A model generated the notes under the pieces. The model did no database searches, had not been told where the DNA came from, and worked only from the letters and a program-made list of their open reading frames with translations. The position numbers and the translations under genes were made by a program. Of a DNA stretch of 64,000 nt, positions 10,087-21,506 are shown in pieces. Positions within the stretch are counted from its first letter, which is position 1, and the number at the start of each line of letters is the position of its first letter. The DNA is taken from contig CAVTET010000001.1 of assembly GCA_963733675.1 (NCBI GenBank), positions 704,001 through 768,000 of the forward strand, read 5' to 3'. This stretch comes from an uncultured Methanosarcinaceae archaeon. Lineage in GTDB: Archaea > Halobacteriota > Methanosarcinia > Methanosarcinales > Methanosarcinaceae.

Positions 10087-10713
10087 GAGCTATGGTTGCC
10101 TAGGTGCCTGTGTAGAGCTGGGCTTTGGCGATGCATTATGGGAAGGTGTTAAATTCATGTCAACATTCTTTGTGAGGATGCAGAAAGCAGCGAGAACCCG
10201 GAAGCTTATTGTACAACTGTACAGCGCGAGAGCTAAAGCTCCTCACAGTGAACGCCTTCACAGAAACGCGGATAAAGCAAAGCGGTTCATGAACGTGTAC
10301 CTACTAATCACAAACATTGCTGAAAAATAAGTGATCTTCTCACCCTTAAGCAAAGTGAAACCCTCTGAAAGCACGCTTTTTGTGATGTTTGCTACAGACC
10401 CAATGCAGATCATCACGCTCGTCAAGCTGGTTGAAGCTATCCACGAAGGTACCGATCCAGTGTGGGTCCCAGCCAATGTGAGCCTGCCAGCAGATAAGGG
10501 TATTCGTGTATGAGGAGGCAATGAAGGAGCATCTGCAGGAAGTACTTGAGTACACGGACCTTGCCGCACTGGGGAACGTTAGAAAGACCAGCACAGCGAA
10601 CATTTAACGTTCGCTGTGCCGTTCTCACTCTTAGAGAAGATGGAAGAGGAGTAAAAAGTTGGTGTTTCAATAGCCCGATTTGGGAAGGGCTCGCTCAGAG
10701 CAATGAGGTGTAG
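10073..10713 (+). pseudogene. 5'-truncated DUF169 (COG2043)-family pseudogene
   Basis: YVDRESYGCLGA...ERLH...*VIFSPLSKV...DPMQI...ACQQI...EEAMKEH...TDLAA...LTFAVPFSLLEKMEE...SPIW across stops and frameshifts. Confidence 0.65.
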
Positions 10714-10718
10714 TGATC

Positions 10719-11501
10719 ATGACATACACAGATTTCAAAGAAATCGGGGCAAAGCTGAAGGCAGCATTCAGGCTTTCGACACGCCCTCTTGCTGTATACG
10801 GATCTGAAGTCCTACCAGCGAGCATTCCACCGATGACCAGAGTTAACCGGTGTTTTGCTGTCTCGATGTATCGGATGGCCACAGTAAACGAGATATCAGC
10901 GATCTATGTAAGTGCCGACATCAGTGAAGACTGCTGCCTCGGTGGGCTCTATCATATGGGATATATTCCAATACCTGATGAAATCAAGTATTTTGTATCG
11001 ACCGGCAGGAAAGATGTTCGTGGCGGGGCAGCAGAATACCTGAAAGCAGATCCGGAGCTGGTAGAGCGCTGCATGTTGTTGGCTGGACCGATACATCCAC
11101 CGGGAAAATATCTTATCGTTCAGGCATGTGAAACCCTTCCAGATCCTGGGCCTGCCATCAGATCCCTGTGTTGCTTTGGTACAGCCGAGCAAATACGTAA
11201 TATTGCGGCACTCATTCACTTCGATCGGGACGACCCATTTTCACCTGTGATCGTTCCCTGGGGATCAGCCTGTTCTACATATATCACATTCCCGGCTGGC
11301 CTTGCTGACAAAACACCGCTTGATACCGCATTCATGGGCCCGCAGGATCCCACACAGAACCATTCCCTGCCTCCAGAAATGATGGCGATAGGTATTCCTG
11401 TTGATATGGCCGAAAGAATGGAAAAAAATCTCGACGCTTCGTTTATCATTCGGAGACCGCAAGTGGCATTTCCCAATCATGAGAAGCAATTGAAACAGTA
11501 G
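10719..11501 (+). CDS. DUF169 (COG2043) family protein
   Basis: LSTRPLAVYG, RC, CCLGGLYHMGY, EYLKADPE, EQIRNIAALIHF, PWGSACS, GPQDPT and IP..M.ERME..LD.SF pattern; RBS GAGGTG. Confidence 0.75.
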   Translation: MTYTDFKEIGAKLKAAFRLSTRPLAVYGSEVLPASIPPMTRVNRCFAVSMYRMATVNEISAIYVSADISEDCCLGGLYHMGYIPIPDEIKYFVSTGRKDVRGGAAEYLKADPELVERCMLLAGPIHPPGKYLIVQACETLPDPGPAIRSLCCFGTAEQIRNIAALIHFDRDDPFSPVIVPWGSACSTYITFPAGLADKTPLDTAFMGPQDPTQNHSLPPEMMAIGIPVDMAERMEKNLDASFIIRRPQVAFPNHEKQLKQ

Positions 11502-12186
11502 ACTACCGGAAACAAGGGAAGACAAAGCGAAATAACATTTTAATTGAATTACAGTGCAATGGTTTTGCCCCTCATACGCAGGAGTCACATACCAGATTCC
11601 AGCTTCAGCCCTTGCGCCTTCAACTCAAGGCCAATATTCAAACCAAGATCCAAACCAAAATCCACCTCAAATCTACTAAAAGTGTGGAATTGCATTAAAC
11701 AAAAAAAGTAGATATCAGTAATAATAATTCTTATATAATTAAGGCCGAATAAAAAGAAAAAAAATATTTGATCCAACCTTAAATTGTTAATTCAAATAAT
11801 ATTATCGATGTTTAATTTTCACTTAATTTTATCCTTCACGAGATCAATATAACAATTTTTTGGCTTTTGGACATAACATATATTTTAAAAAAACTGCGTA
11901 TATTCAGCACAATCCGGTTAAAATGTCCGATAATTCCGGCTGAAAAATGCAAATATACATAGGTTTTCACACAAAAAACTGTGCAAGCATACAGACAAAA
12001 AAATAGTTGTTTCTTAGTATTTTTAAAAACAAAAAAACATAAAAATTTGGATCGGGAAGAAAGCTACCTATAAATTAACTTTGAACTTCTCAAAAGCATA
12101 TCTGAGGAAGATCTATAGCCATCTTTCAGGTCATTCATATAAAATGTTAACCAATTGGAGAGACAGTTTATTACTTTGGCTATGAA

Positions 12187-12947
12187 TTAGATTAAGTGAC
12201 TGCATCTTAATAATATCAATACACCTATAGCAATGAGCACTAAACCAGCATTTCCCACATATTTAACATTCTTCTCGGAAAGCCCAATTTCGATATTAGT
12301 TTGTACTTTAGTCAAAACTATAAGCAATAAGCCTGCTATCACTAAAATAACACTTATTCCCTTAAGTAAGGTATCATTCGAATTTGGTGGTTGAGGCGTT
12401 GCCTTTGTATCTGTACCGTTGAGTTCTACCTTTCTTTGGGGTGGCACTGCAGGGATAGAACCTATAAACTGTTCAAAAGTCTTCGGAGCGTCCCCTACAG
12501 GCACGTTAGGTAGCCGCATTTCAGTTTTATCGTTGATTACTGCGACATATTTGTCATTTTTACATACTACATATACTTCTTTTCCATCAGGTGTGATCGC
12601 AACTCCATAAGGCCCATTACCTACAGAAACTGAAGTAATTTGGTTTGTTGCTGTGTCAATCACAGATACATTACTACTGTATTGGTTTACCACATATACC
12701 TTTTTTCCATCTGGGGTGACTGCAACTCCTATAGTTCCGAGTCCTACAGGCACAATGTCAATGACGCTGTATGTGATCGTGTTAATCACAGAGACTGAAT
12801 TGTCTTTTTGATTTGCAATATATGCATATGTATTTAGGGAAGAGGTACTTTGTGTAGCAGCTATCGAAGCAGACGAAAATAGAATTGAAAATAAAAGTGC
12901 GGTTACGATACTAAAGCTAGTAAATATAGTTTATTTATATTTTTCAT
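12187..12947 (-). pseudogene. YVTN beta-propeller surface protein with C-terminal TM helices, frameshifted in the signal peptide
   Basis: RBS AGGAG, ATG 12947 MKNINKLYLLALVS, then a 1-nt deletion before TALLFSILFSSASIAA...YAYIANQKDNSVSVIN; GVAVTPDGKKVYV repeats; two TM segments. Confidence 0.75.
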
Positions 12948-14267
12948 CAATACTACTCCTTTATTTAATTCCAAATCGCAAAATTTTGAGTATTATAATA
13001 ATAATCAAAAATCGTTATAATTTATAGAAAATAAAATTCCTTCATAAGTAGTAAAATTTTGCGCATTGAAAAACATATTTTGTTTTTTAATAGGATTTAT
13101 ATATATATTTAATAATCTTCTATCAAAGTGAAATTCTCTAAATTTGCAAAGTCTCACCAAAAAGTTGAAGGAACAGAAGCGAAAACTACCGAAGTAGAAA
13201 TTTTGCCATTAAAAATATATTGATTCTATTAGCAAGGACAATGTTTATGAAAAATATACATTTTTTTGGATATAGTATAACTTTTTATCGGATTTTACCA
13301 ATTTTTCGGGGAAAATAGTGTATTTTTATTGGTTTGTAGCTACGTTGTTTTTGGTAAAAACGATGCGTACCATCGGCTTCGAGTAAAATTAAAAGGCTTT
13401 TTAACCCAAAATTTAAAGAAAAACCATAGTTTTTTTGTGCTAAAATCTCTGCATTTTCTCAGCTTAATCCCAAATTAAACATTTTTTAGCAATTTCATTG
13501 GAGTTATCAAGTCCTGATTCATCTACAAATCTCAAATCAGCTTCACACCATTTTTTTAAAATATTCCCTTCAAGAGTTTAGTATCGTTGAAAGACAATGG
13601 CGGAATCAATGCCTTGAATCCGTTAGCAATAATCAGATAGTCCAGTAATCACCCAATAACTTCATAAAATTGATTTTGGTGGTACATCATTATTTTATCA
13701 AGATGGTTATAACATTTTATGTTAATGGATGCATTTTGAATCAGTTTTAATTTTTAGTCAAGAGTGTATATTATTTTACATTAGATGATTTATATTATAT
13801 ATAAAGGCATTTAAAACTACAAGATGTGATTAAACTGGAATTTAATCTTATTTGCAAGTTCTGGATTTGTAAAATGTGAGCTTGTTTCTTAATTAAAAAT
13901 TGATATCATAAGGACTTGGTAGAATTTACCTATGCGTTTCAAATACTTTTTTGTATTTACTGGACATGTAATCAATAGAAACTTATATATATCGAATATC
14001 TATGGAACCTCAAGTTTTCAAGCACATAGGCAGGAAAAATAGTGAGGTATTTTTCACTATTTATAATATTTCCTACCTAAATTATATAAAAATACGATTT
14101 CCTAAAAATTAATAAATTTAAGATTTTAATGCAATATTAGTGTTGGAATCAGCTCAATTAATAGCATGCTGGAAAGTCACTGTTATTTTGATTTTACTTC
14201 CGGCCCTTCAACAGTCTTTTTGCAAGTTTTTGTAAGTACCATCTAGGGTTTTTCAAAGTAGACACAG

Positions 14268-15404
14268 CTATTTCATATACTTATTTAGGAATTCGAACAC
14301 TTTATCCATATTTTCAGTAGTTCCGAATGGGTATCCATAATGACGTGTTCCGTTAAGTAAAGTAACGGGTACACCGTGACCTGCTCCTTCAAGTAATGTA
14401 AGGGTTACTTTATTTTGTCCGATTGCTTTTATGATTACAGCTGCAAGGTCAACAGATTGCTGCGTTGGAACTAGTGGATCCAGGGTGCCGTGCTGAATTA
14501 AAAATGGGGGGCACTCTGAAGTTATATAATTTGTAGGGTCTGCCTGTTTACACAGGTCCGGTACCTTTGAGACATTTTGCCCTAAATATCGTGATGGGAC
14601 AGAATATTTGGTATTATAAATATGAACTCCTTGTACTTTCTCTCTAAGTCCACTTTCTGTGAATTGTTTATCCATAACACAGAAATTTGTAGGCCCATAC
14701 CAATCAACTACTGCTGTTACATTATCCAAAACGTTTGCGTTGCCGAGAGATGTATCATAGCAATTATTTGTGCCACCTGTTGTGCCTGCAAGTGCAGCAA
14801 GATTTCCACCTGCTGAACTGCCCCATAGAGCAATCTTATTAGGATTTAAATTATATTGCGCAGCATTAACTTTAATAAAACGAATAGCTGCTTTTGCATC
14901 ATTTATTGCTGCTGGGAATTTAGCTTCGTCACTCAAACGATAATCAACAGTTATCACCGCATAACCATGATTTAAACCCTTAAGCATAGGAGCTGTATAT
15001 TGTCCACTTTTATTGCCCTCATAAAATCCCCCACCATGAAATGCTATAATCATAGGGAAGGGACCTTTTCCTTCATTTGACAGATATATATCAAGTTATT
15101 GTGTTTATGATTTAGTGGCATGAGCAATATCAGTGAATTTATTTTTCATGCTTGGTGGCGGTGATATTTTGTCTCCACATCTACATATTTGGTTGCCGAC
15201 TTTCAAGTTGCCGTTATTTTTCTCATTAAATAAACCACTATTCACATTTTCATTAAAGTTTTCGTTGAGACTTCCCTTATCAAAGCTCCCTTTTTCATTT
15301 CAGCAATTAGCTGCACTTACTGTAATCGTCACAGATGCCATAAAAAAGGCTACAAATAAAATACTCAGTGGCTTTTCTGTTCTGTGAAATATTTGTTTTC
15401 CCAT
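14268..15404 (-). pseudogene. Secreted alpha/beta hydrolase (esterase/lipase) pseudogene
   Basis: Signal peptide from ATG 15404; three in-frame stops before LDIYL...HGGGF; GSSAGG nucleophile, HGTLDPLVP and GAGHG retained. Confidence 0.8.
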
Positions 15405-15977
15405 TTAAATACTGGCCATAAAACTGTATTAAGTTTAATATTCGTAAAAATGATTAAATTGTTAGCGGATACAATCTTAAGATTGTTGATATTTTAATTC
15501 GCTTGCCAGTGGTGGATGAACTGCATAAATACGACCATCAAATTTGGAAATCTAGCTAGGATTCTTAAAGATAATTACGATTATAAACTCAAAAGCTATT
15601 TAATATATTCAAATAGTTATCATTTGACATGAATATTAGTCAATTTACGATCCGAGGATATAATATACAGAGAAACATGTATATTAATCTGTATTCAGTT
15701 GACCTATAAACAAGGCGGCAGTGTACCGAAAGTTCGATAGAATATGATCGACTCTGTATACTTTTTCTTTCACCACAAAAAAGCAGGATTTCTCGGTTCA
15801 AGTGATGCATAGGTTTAAGAGCAAAATCACTGCACTAAATACCAGTTTTGTAAGTCTACTCATTGACTCTGGACTCTGTTTTTGCGATGGAGGAAACGGA
15901 GTACAGAAGCATTCCGAATTTACTGGCCAAAACTTTCGGTACATTGCCAGTAACGAGCTTTGTGCAAAACATAAAAA

Positions 15978-16910
15978 TCAAACCTCTTTTTTTCCATGCT
16001 TGTACAGATACTGCTCGACAACACTTTTTGAACTATACCATATCTTTCCAATTTTTACCGCATCTAAAAGCCCCTGTCTGGACCGCAGGCTGAGATATTC
16101 TTGAGAATAAGGGGTTGCTGGAGCAAGTTCGTTGAGGGGTAGTAGTTCATCGATCCCGCCAGAAATAGAGAGGTATAGAGTCAGGTTTTCATTCACGGCT
16201 TTTGCAATAAAATTGGCAAATGAAGCGAGATTTCCCGCATCTGCAGTTTTAAGGGATTTGTAGTATTTTCCTCTTTCCTCTTTTTTGAGCACGACAGTAG
16301 GGTAATCTCTTGCTATCAAATATAGATTCATGAGGAGACGAGCTACTCTGCCGTTTCCGTCACTGAAAGGATGAATCTCAACAAACCTGTGATGCAGGAA
16401 TGAAGTTGTTTCAACAGGATGCTCTTTACTTTCAGCTATCTTCTCAATCAGTTCGTCCATCAGTTTCATTATCTTTGACCAATCAGGGGAAGCTTTTACT
16501 GCACCGGCTATCCTCACATTTCTGGTACGGTATCTCCCGGCATCATCAAGTATACCTTTAGTCACGATTTCATGGATTTTTTGAATTGTAATTTGGTCTA
16601 TTGAACGTTTTTTCTTCGCGAGCTCTTCCATTAGGTCAAAAGCTTTTGCGTTATTGCTTGCCTCAATATGCTCTCTTAGAGATTTTCCGCCAATGGTCAG
16701 CCCTTCTTCTAGAACGAGTTTTGTCTCCTGAAGTGTTAGTGTGTTTCCTTCTATAGCATTGGAGTGATAGGTGTGTGCCAACCTCATTTCGCCATGCAGC
16801 TTTCCTAAAGCATCTGCAGGAATGGGCCTCATAGAGTCAAGTCTCTTCATTTTTTCATCTATTCGTGCAAGAAGTTCTTTTTGAATCAAGGACGTATCGG
16901 TATTTATCAT
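15978..16910 (-). CDS. Fic-domain protein with C-terminal HTH-like extension
   Basis: Catalytic HPFSDGNGRVAR; N-terminal inhibitory motif SNAIEGN; C-terminal LNELA...YSQEYLSLRSRQGLLDAVKIGKIW. Confidence 0.93.
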   Translation of the reverse strand: MINTDTSLIQKELLARIDEKMKRLDSMRPIPADALGKLHGEMRLAHTYHSNAIEGNTLTLQETKLVLEEGLTIGGKSLREHIEASNNAKAFDLMEELAKKKRSIDQITIQKIHEIVTKGILDDAGRYRTRNVRIAGAVKASPDWSKIMKLMDELIEKIAESKEHPVETTSFLHHRFVEIHPFSDGNGRVARLLMNLYLIARDYPTVVLKKEERGKYYKSLKTADAGNLASFANFIAKAVNENLTLYLSISGGIDELLPLNELAPATPYSQEYLSLRSRQGLLDAVKIGKIWYSSKSVVEQYLYKHGKKEV

Positions 16911-17909
16911 AATTCAACATATCCGATAGATATTTACTGATATATATCGGTATCGGCAATGGTTTAAGAGATCCGATATTTCGTTTGTTTAAGAAGTCAA
17001 GAAAAAAGTGACATTCATTCCATTGATAAATTTTTAGATCTAAACTTTCCTTTTTGGGATATTTTTTTCGGTAATGAGCTTATTCATTTGTCTGGCAGTG
17101 TACTGAAAGTTTTAGTCGACAAAATATGATTGACCCTATATTCTTTTCTGCCACTACAACAAAAAATGATGCTGAGTCAACTGTTATACTGATAGAGCTT
17201 TTGTTTTCAGTTCTCCTATGGATGTACATGTTTTAGTAAAAAACATAGGTAAATTTGAGATGTTTGTTCATTTCAATTCCTAAAAATTGGAGCTTTAAGA
17301 GCAAAATCAGTTTAATACTAAGAAATATAGCTTGATTGTATTAAGTAAACTTAAATATTTGTTGCGCAAGTGAAGCGATAATTCAAGTTAAATGTGTTTT
17401 TATATGCATACTAGTCCATAAAAAATAAAATGGAATGAAAATTTGGGCTACAAGACTGTCTTTCAGACATTGCCTTTAAACTGCTAGAAAAATATTAATA
17501 TGGATACGTTAAAAGCATCATTTTTGTAGCTGTATAAATGTTTGTGCGGTAAAGAAAAACTACGTTTCTTCACCAGATTTGCTTTCCTGTGGTGAAATTC
17601 ATCGCAATAATCTTCCCTCTTTTATTGTGGCCAATTATTATTTTCTCGGAGCTCTTGCTAGAGTTAATAGTGACTAAATTTACTACAAAAACTATACATA
17701 TGTGAAAACAATAACTAATAAAATTTAAACAGAATAATCACTAATCTATACATATTTTGTATGGTAAAAGAAAACAAATATTAGATCGTCATATTTTGCT
17801 GAACTTTTGGTCCACTGCACATTTTTCGGAATAAAAAAGTAAGGTTACCTCTTATTCGAGGCAACAGTTTACAAAAAGCATTTATGGAAATAAATAAAGC
17901 ATAGTTAAG

Positions 17910-18485
17910 TTATATATTGAGTTTTTTCAAAAGCCAGGCCATATTCTGGCCCAAAGTATGCATGGTTCGTATGCCTTCGTCATCTTTTTCCACATCTCCT
18001 TCATCAAGACCCATACCTATGTTCCAATAACTGGAACCCGGGATGATCATCTGAGTTATCGTAAATAAGTGGTTAATTGAATCAAAGACGTGAATTGATC
18101 CTGCACGTCTTACTGCAACAACAGCTGCGCCCACCTTACGCTTGAACAATCCACCATTTGCTCCGGCTACAAAGCCTGCCCTGTCTATTAGAGCTTTAAG
18201 TTCAGGAGTCAAGTCTGCAAAGTAGGTAGGAGAGGCAAGAATAATTCCATCGGCTTCAATCATCTTTTCTATGCAGTCGTTCACAATGTCTTTATCTATT
18301 ACGCACTTTTGATCTTTGTTTTCAACACATTTTCCACAGGCGATACAACCATGGATACTCTTCCCTCCTATATGCACGGTTTCTGTTTTGATTCCTTCCT
18401 TTTCAAGCTCAGCAAGGACATGCCTGACCAAGGTAGCTGTGTTTCCATCCTTTTTGGGGCTTCCATTAAATGCAACAACTTTCAT
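17910..18485 (-). CDS. Iron-sulfur flavoprotein (flavodoxin family)
   Basis: NGSPKKDGNT, CIACGKCVENKDQKC, ASPTYF, RRAG motifs. Confidence 0.92.
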   Translation of the reverse strand: MKVVAFNGSPKKDGNTATLVRHVLAELEKEGIKTETVHIGGKSIHGCIACGKCVENKDQKCVIDKDIVNDCIEKMIEADGIILASPTYFADLTPELKALIDRAGFVAGANGGLFKRKVGAAVVAVRRAGSIHVFDSINHLFTITQMIIPGSSYWNIGMGLDEGDVEKDDEGIRTMHTLGQNMAWLLKKLNI

Positions 18486-20433
18486 TTAGCTATCTCCTCC
18501 AATTAATTCTCTTCATTTACTTTTTCTCTTCTTTCTGCTTATAAAACTAAGTCTTATGTAAGTAGAAGATATTCATTTTAGGCTCGTTGTGAAATATCTT
18601 AAAGGGAGACTCTGATCCTATAAACAAAACAGATCATAGAGGTCTTGCGGCTAGGTAACTTAGAAAGAAGCTTGATACCTATTCTACGCCTCTTGAACGG
18701 AACAGATGATAAATTATTATGGATCAATGTAACCCTGCAACATTTCATTATTGACTTTCTGATAAGGCCTAGCATTTGAGGCGCAAAAAATCGAGTCCAA
18801 TTAATAATTAAATGAGTTGTTATTAAGGTGGTGTACTTGGATGAAAAATCCCTGAAAAAGATAAAAAGCCTTCTGATATCTAATAGTTGAATAGTTCGAT
18901 TTGATTAGATTTGGTTCTATGATTGGCCAAAGTAAAATTTAGAGATATCTCAGTCCTGAAAATCCATTTGCACATCTGATCTTCAATATATTGAAATTTA
19001 AGAATCTGATGAATTATACCCTACTCATAGAGAAAACTAACAAGTTCAGCTCTAATGACTTTTCCACATAATGCATTGATAGCTTTAAGTAAAATTGCAG
19101 GATCGACGACTTTGTTTGTATTCTTTATCATCTCACATATTCACATATTTTAAAGTCAAAAATATTTATATTTTCAACTTCAACGTACCATCCTATTTCT
19201 GCATAATTACCTAAACTCATGAACCTAAAAGTATAGAGAACCCCCACTCTTTTAATTTTAAACGAGCTGAGTCTTTTTAATACTTTTTTTACATCTACTG
19301 GTAGCATTAATTGGCAGAAATTTTAATATTCCTATGATCTACGGAATGATTGAGTTTACAGACACATAGACGAAAATCTGGTTCTTTGCGGTTTTGTTGA
19401 ATTGAAAATAATTATCCAGTTTAAAAATGATCGCAATAAAGCGATTAACATCGAATAGAAACGTGATTTTTCCACAATAAATTTGTTGAAAGATTATTTA
19501 TATTGCACATCCATTTAGAAAGTGGAAATATGGTTCTCAACCTAAAATAGCAAAGCGCTTATATAATTAATTTATATTGCTTCTTTAGAAAAAGCATAAT
19601 GTTAGATTTTGAAGATTTCGGGAAAATCAAAAATCATTATTAATGGTTAATTGTTTTCTGATTATGAAAAATCTTATGCGGGATTATTTTTTTGTTTAGA
19701 AACTATTCTTCATATAATTAATTTAAAATAACTACGGTGACAAAAATAAGCATCTTTAGACATGTACATTATTAGAACATAAAAATGAATAAAATTTATA
19801 ACATCATATATTTCAACAAATAAATATGGAATGGTATTTAATGGGAAAACAAGCATTTGGCAAATCGATTGAAACTAACCTGCATGATTCACTAGCTTGG
19901 TATGGTAAAGTACTTGCTATAAATAGATTAATCGATTCCGATTAGTAGGTTAATTAGTTACTTAATTTTCATTTATTTTTCTCCTTCGTGAGATAAAATA
20001 CCGCAGCTTGTTGGTTTTTACCTTAAAACTTGTTTTAATAAAAAATAGGGATTTGCTACACCATCAGGTAAAAATGTCCTATAATTTATGCTGAAAAATG
20101 AGAAAACACATGGTTTTCGCACAAAAAAAATATGTTTTATATAATTCTACACACAATAGTTTGCATGCCATATTACCATTTTACAGTGCAAAGATAGATT
20201 AAAATATAAATACCTTAGTTAATAACAGTTCTGAGGGAAGTTTCCATCTATACAGAAGGCTGCAGGGTATTCGACTGAAATAATCCTTTCGAGGTAAAAT
20301 ATCCAGTAAAAAAAATAAACATGTATCAGAAAAATTTATATTATGTTCTAATTTGCAGAGAAGGGGGTTTTTCAGGGGAAAAATATTTGCTGAAAGAAAT
20401 ATTAGAAGAGAGAATCATAACTAAGGAAATATC

Positions 20434-20892
20434 ATGGAAACAAAACTGATCATTGCAATTGCTCTTATCATCTCAGCTGCTTTATTGGCTGCAAAATTAT
20501 TTCAAGAAGTCAGCACTGAGCAGTTCAAGGAAGGTAAATATATCCATATTGATAGTGTGGTAATCGAGTTTAATAAGTCTAATGCGAATGTCAATGTAGA
20601 ATACCATATTAGCCCTTTCGCTGAAGCGTACATATTCTTGTTTGGGAGCAAGCACCTGGAGCCCAAGATGAAAGAAATTTTTGCTGATTTCAGTGATGTA
20701 AAGATCCTTAAGATAGGAAGTAATAGTGCTTCACTTCTTGTGTCAAATATTTCCCGGAAAAATGATCAGTTCTACCTGCATGAATCCAAAAAATTTGATG
20801 TACAGCCTGGTATCCTTACACTCGTTTATCCTGATGGTACAAGAAGGAATATCCTAAATACAAGCTCTACACCTAATACCTTCTATACATAG
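20434..20892 (+). CDS. Hypothetical protein with N-terminal membrane anchor/signal
   Basis: 152-aa ORF with RBS AAGGA and a hydrophobic N-terminus, upstream of the CoM genes. Confidence 0.7.
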   Translation: METKLIIAIALIISAALLAAKLFQEVSTEQFKEGKYIHIDSVVIEFNKSNANVNVEYHISPFAEAYIFLFGSKHLEPKMKEIFADFSDVKILKIGSNSASLLVSNISRKNDQFYLHESKKFDVQPGILTLVYPDGTRRNILNTSSTPNTFYT

Positions 20893-21142
20893 GGAAGATC
20901 TGCTATAACTTTCAATTACTTTTAATTAATCTTCCCTCTTCTTTTTATCCTTTTTTCGTTTTAAGTGTCCTCTAGTTGCAATTAGATGCAATTTATATAT
21001 AATATCTCATTAATTTTATTTTGATCCTATTTTTATAATCATTTCTTCCTTTTAGAAAGACTGAATATCCGAACTTGAACCATAATTTGAATATATTGCA
21101 GAAAAAAATCTATATTAAAAACTCTTTTAATGCTCCGACATT

Positions 21143-21276
21143 CTCCCATTTATGCAGATGTATAATTTTTTTGCCCTTTTGCTTATTATTGTTCAGTGAA
21201 AGTTAGATTAATTTTTAAGCTACTGGCATATCGAGAAAATAGATTGAATTTTTGTGTACATTTACGGAAAGTGGTG
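21143..21276. repeat. Repeat family B (~130-bp TIR element)
   Basis: CCCATTTATGCAGATGTA...TTAATTTTTAAGCTACTGGCATATCGAGAAAATAGAT...TGTGTACATTTACGGAAAGTGG. Confidence 0.7.
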
Positions 21277-21506
21277 TATTCATTAATATTGATTAATTTA
21301 CAAATAATTCTGTAGCATCTTTTTTCCAAAACGCCATTCTCCTTTTTTAGTACCCTGTGCTCTCTGCAAAAGTTAAAAATATGTTTATTAAAGCTCAATT
21401 TGATTGTCTAGCAGCTGAATTATTTTTCAAAAACCTATTGTTTTAATTTTATTCATATTTCAGGAATATATATTTAACAAGAGAAACCCAATTTGCTTTG
21501 ATAGCA

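Noticed and set aside
11554-11679. Short Q/N/P-rich frame after DUF169 (VQWFCPSY...NQDPNQNPPQIY), possible precursor peptide
   Set aside because: No convincing RBS or recognisable family; cannot be supported, though worth a tBLASTn.
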